Shown here in pieces: positions 61,845 to 64,000 of a DNA stretch of 64,000 bases; the stretch's first letter is position 1; the number at the start of each line of letters is the position of its first letter. A program made the translations under genes and the position numbers. The notes under the pieces are model-generated. The model worked only from the letters and a program-made list of their open reading frames with translations. It was not told the origin of the DNA and made no database searches. The DNA is from Vitrella brassicaformis CCMP3155. Taxonomy: Eukaryota; Protista; Chromerida. Location of the stretch: assembly GCA_001179505.1 (NCBI GenBank), contig CDMY01000456.1:186001-250000 (forward strand), in the 5' to 3' direction.

Positions 61845-62236
61845 TCTGCCCCTCTGAGTGCCAGATCTGCGACGCCAAAAAGCTAGCGATCCACCCGGCT
61901 CGGCTCGCAAAACAGAACCAGCCGAGCCTGCTGCAGCCACTCATCGCAAAGCGCTAAGGTACGGCCAAAGGAAAGGTGTATCGTCCATTGACCACAATCA
62001 TCCATCGGTTCGCTCACACAGGTTTCCTTCTCGAGACCGACCTCCTCTGCCCCTCAGTGCACTGCAATGGACGCCGGCGACCTCACTCAGAAGCTGCTCG
62101 CTGCCCAGGAGCAGCTCATCACCGCCAAGGATGAGCTCATCAATACACTCAAGCGCGAGCGCGACGAGGCACAGGCCCAACTCGAGGCGCAGAAGCGCGC
62201 CAAGACCGCCCTGCAGGTCGAGGTGGATAAGCTGCA
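61845..62236 (+). repeat. Dispersed cassette copy 2 (inverted relative to copy 1)
   Basis: Same upstream block, same taag|gtacgg donor and acag| acceptor, same MDAGDLTQKLLAAQ start. Confidence 0.9.
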
Positions 62237-62252
62237 CCGCACCTCTCATTGA
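62067..62252 (+). CDS. 61-aa coiled-coil microprotein or truncated paralogue of the MORN protein N-terminus
   Basis: MDAGDLTQKLLAAQEQLITAKDELINTLKRERDEAQAQLEAQKRAKTALQVEVDKLHRTSH*; many differences from copy 1 look synonymous or conservative. Confidence 0.45.
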   Translation: MDAGDLTQKLLAAQEQLITAKDELINTLKRERDEAQAQLEAQKRAKTALQVEVDKLHRTSH

Positions 62253-62278
62253 TTGATTGATTCCGTCGGCCATCTCAT

Positions 62279-63707
62279 CTACTCGAACACGACGGTGCCC
62301 CATTTGTGGTGGTCGGCGTCCTCCCACTTGCGGACCACCGCATCAAAACACTGAACCAAGGAATCGATCGACACATGCAGGCACGTGCAGGGTGGGGTGC
62401 CCTTGCTGTGTTATTTACCGTCCTGCATTCGGATCTCTTGATGCTCCGCAGTATGTCCGCCATGACCCTCCCACACCGCCGCAGCTCACCCTTCGACACA
62501 CCACTCACGTCAGACAACGGGGCAGGCTGCACGGCAGATGACACACCAAGAGACATGTAATGGGGGCTGTCCGTCACTTGTATATAGCTATACGTTCCTA
62601 CCGACCCAGCTGTCTTTGTCGTGTAGCCATATCTTGCGCGTCATATACACCGCAGCGGCCGCGATGATGTTGGACGGCAGGTGGAGCACACTCACATCGA
62701 ACAAAACCAACTCCTGCACACGCACACACACACACACACATTTCTGCATGGGGGGTGTGCCTGTCGGTGTGTGTGTGCATTGAGTGATCCATCGGCTGAC
62801 GCATAGGTATTTGGCGAATGCGTGGTATCGCGAGCCGAGTGGCATGTCGGGCAGCGACCCGCACAACTGATGCAGAAACACGGTGGGGGGCCTCCACACG
62901 TCCGTCGATACGCCATCGGACCAAAGACTGACACACCACACTCACACACACACAGAGATACACACAAAGAGATGAGATGCATTTAATTGGTGTGGCTGGT
63001 GGAGTGGGTGTGTGGGCTGTTTGCTGACCTCATGAGCACGCCGTTTTGCATGCGGCATATGTCTTCGGCCTGGCAGTTGCTGATACTTACGATGTCGCTC
63101 ACCTCCAGCTGGTCAGGGTAGGTATCCTCAATTTGCGAGGCGACCAACAAACACGCCAAACCGGTCTGCACACACACAAGACACATAACACACACAAAGG
63201 GGCAACACAACCCACCGATGGATGTGTGCATCTCTGTCTGTCGCTTGTGTGAGTGTGGGCCCTATAAGGCAGCGTACGATCGTGTAGTACTCGGGCAGGA
63301 TGTCCATGCCGTCACACCACAGCTTACACAACATGTAGTCGAGCAGCCGCACAGAGAGGTACAACGTCTCATCCGCCAACTGACATCACAATCGCACAGA
63401 CAGGGGAAGCATTACACAGATCTTCTGTGTGAGTGAATTGTGTCCCGTCCATCCATCCATCCATCGGTCCGTTTGAAATCATCCATGGCGTCACTCACTT
63501 GCCCCATCGTGGCCGCATAGATGATTTCGTCCACAACCGAGGCCCGACGGAGGCCGAACCCCCCAGACCGCTGGGCAACATACTCAGCCGGGATGAGCGA
63601 CAACACCTGCAAGCGGGAGAGAAACATAGAACAAGAGAGCTGGCCCGGCCGGCCTCCATCTCAGGCACCTTATGGTCAGAACTCGGCAGATCCACGACCC
63701 TGCTCAT
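62279..63707 (-). CDS. Cyclin (A/B-like fold), short N-terminus, atypical cyclin box
   Basis: RASVVDEII..GQ|LADETLYLSVRLLDYML, GLACLLVASQIEDTYP, PPTVFLHQL..FAKYL, ELVLFD...PSNIIAAAAVYM, final exon CFDAVRKWED...KWGTVVFE*. Confidence 0.8.
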
Positions 63708-64000
63708 GATGCAATTGCCGCCGTGGCGGTGTGCAAGAGAGGGGAAAACAAATGTTTGTTTCCCGGGACGATGTGTAAATCTGAGTTTTCGTTTACGCAC
63801 CCTCCAGCGGGGGCTGTTCCCGATGTGCGACTGCGTGGCTGTTGGTCTGTTCACCCTGCACGTGGGCTGGTTCTTTCTCACCGGCCTGCAGTGGATGGGC
63901 CCGGGCTGGGGCATCTCGACGCATCACCTTACCGATGTTACCGACAAAGCCCACCAACGCATGGTACATAAGGGACGGAAGGAAGCCATGGACGGACAGG

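Noticed and set aside
61899-61970. snoRNA or spliced-leader RNA in the 72-nt identical block
   Set aside because: No paired C/D or H/ACA boxes or Sm site recognised; it behaves as a 5'UTR exon with its own splice donor.

Overview
Eukaryotic, GC-rich, very intron-dense genomic DNA. Introns are short, mostly GT-AG, and filled with (GT/CA)n, (CTGT)n, (GGAT)n and (GA)n microsatellites, so most entries in the supplied ORF track are exon fragments or antisense shadows. The overall style (AP2-like domains, a bipartite plastid leader, a degenerate ankyrin-type family, fused CPSII) points to a chromerid alveolate such as Vitrella; this is inference. I reconstructed about 22 genes by hand, in almost strictly alternating orientation: a globin-less androglobin-like protein, GINS PSF1, glutaryl-CoA dehydrogenase, an EEP/sphingomyelinase-like hydrolase, RRP46, a plastid-targeted unknown, a convergent pair of secreted Pro-rich paralogues with an APCDD1-like Cys/beta-barrel domain (one membrane/GPI-anchored, one soluble), a bacterial-type chorismate-lyase-like gene with introns, a large protein with about 8 tandem divergent AP2-like repeats, a decayed and exon-shuffled ankyrin-type locus, an animal-type ER UDP-glycosyltransferase, FOXRED1-like, a FLASH-N-like protein, a MORN protein, DEPDC5/IML1, carbamoyl-phosphate synthetase II and an atypical cyclin. 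A ~400 bp promoter/5'UTR/coiled-coil cassette occurs twice in inverted orientation, flanking the DEPDC5-CPSII block. No rRNA, tRNA, CRISPR array or transposase was recognised. All homology calls come from remembered motifs, not from database searches.
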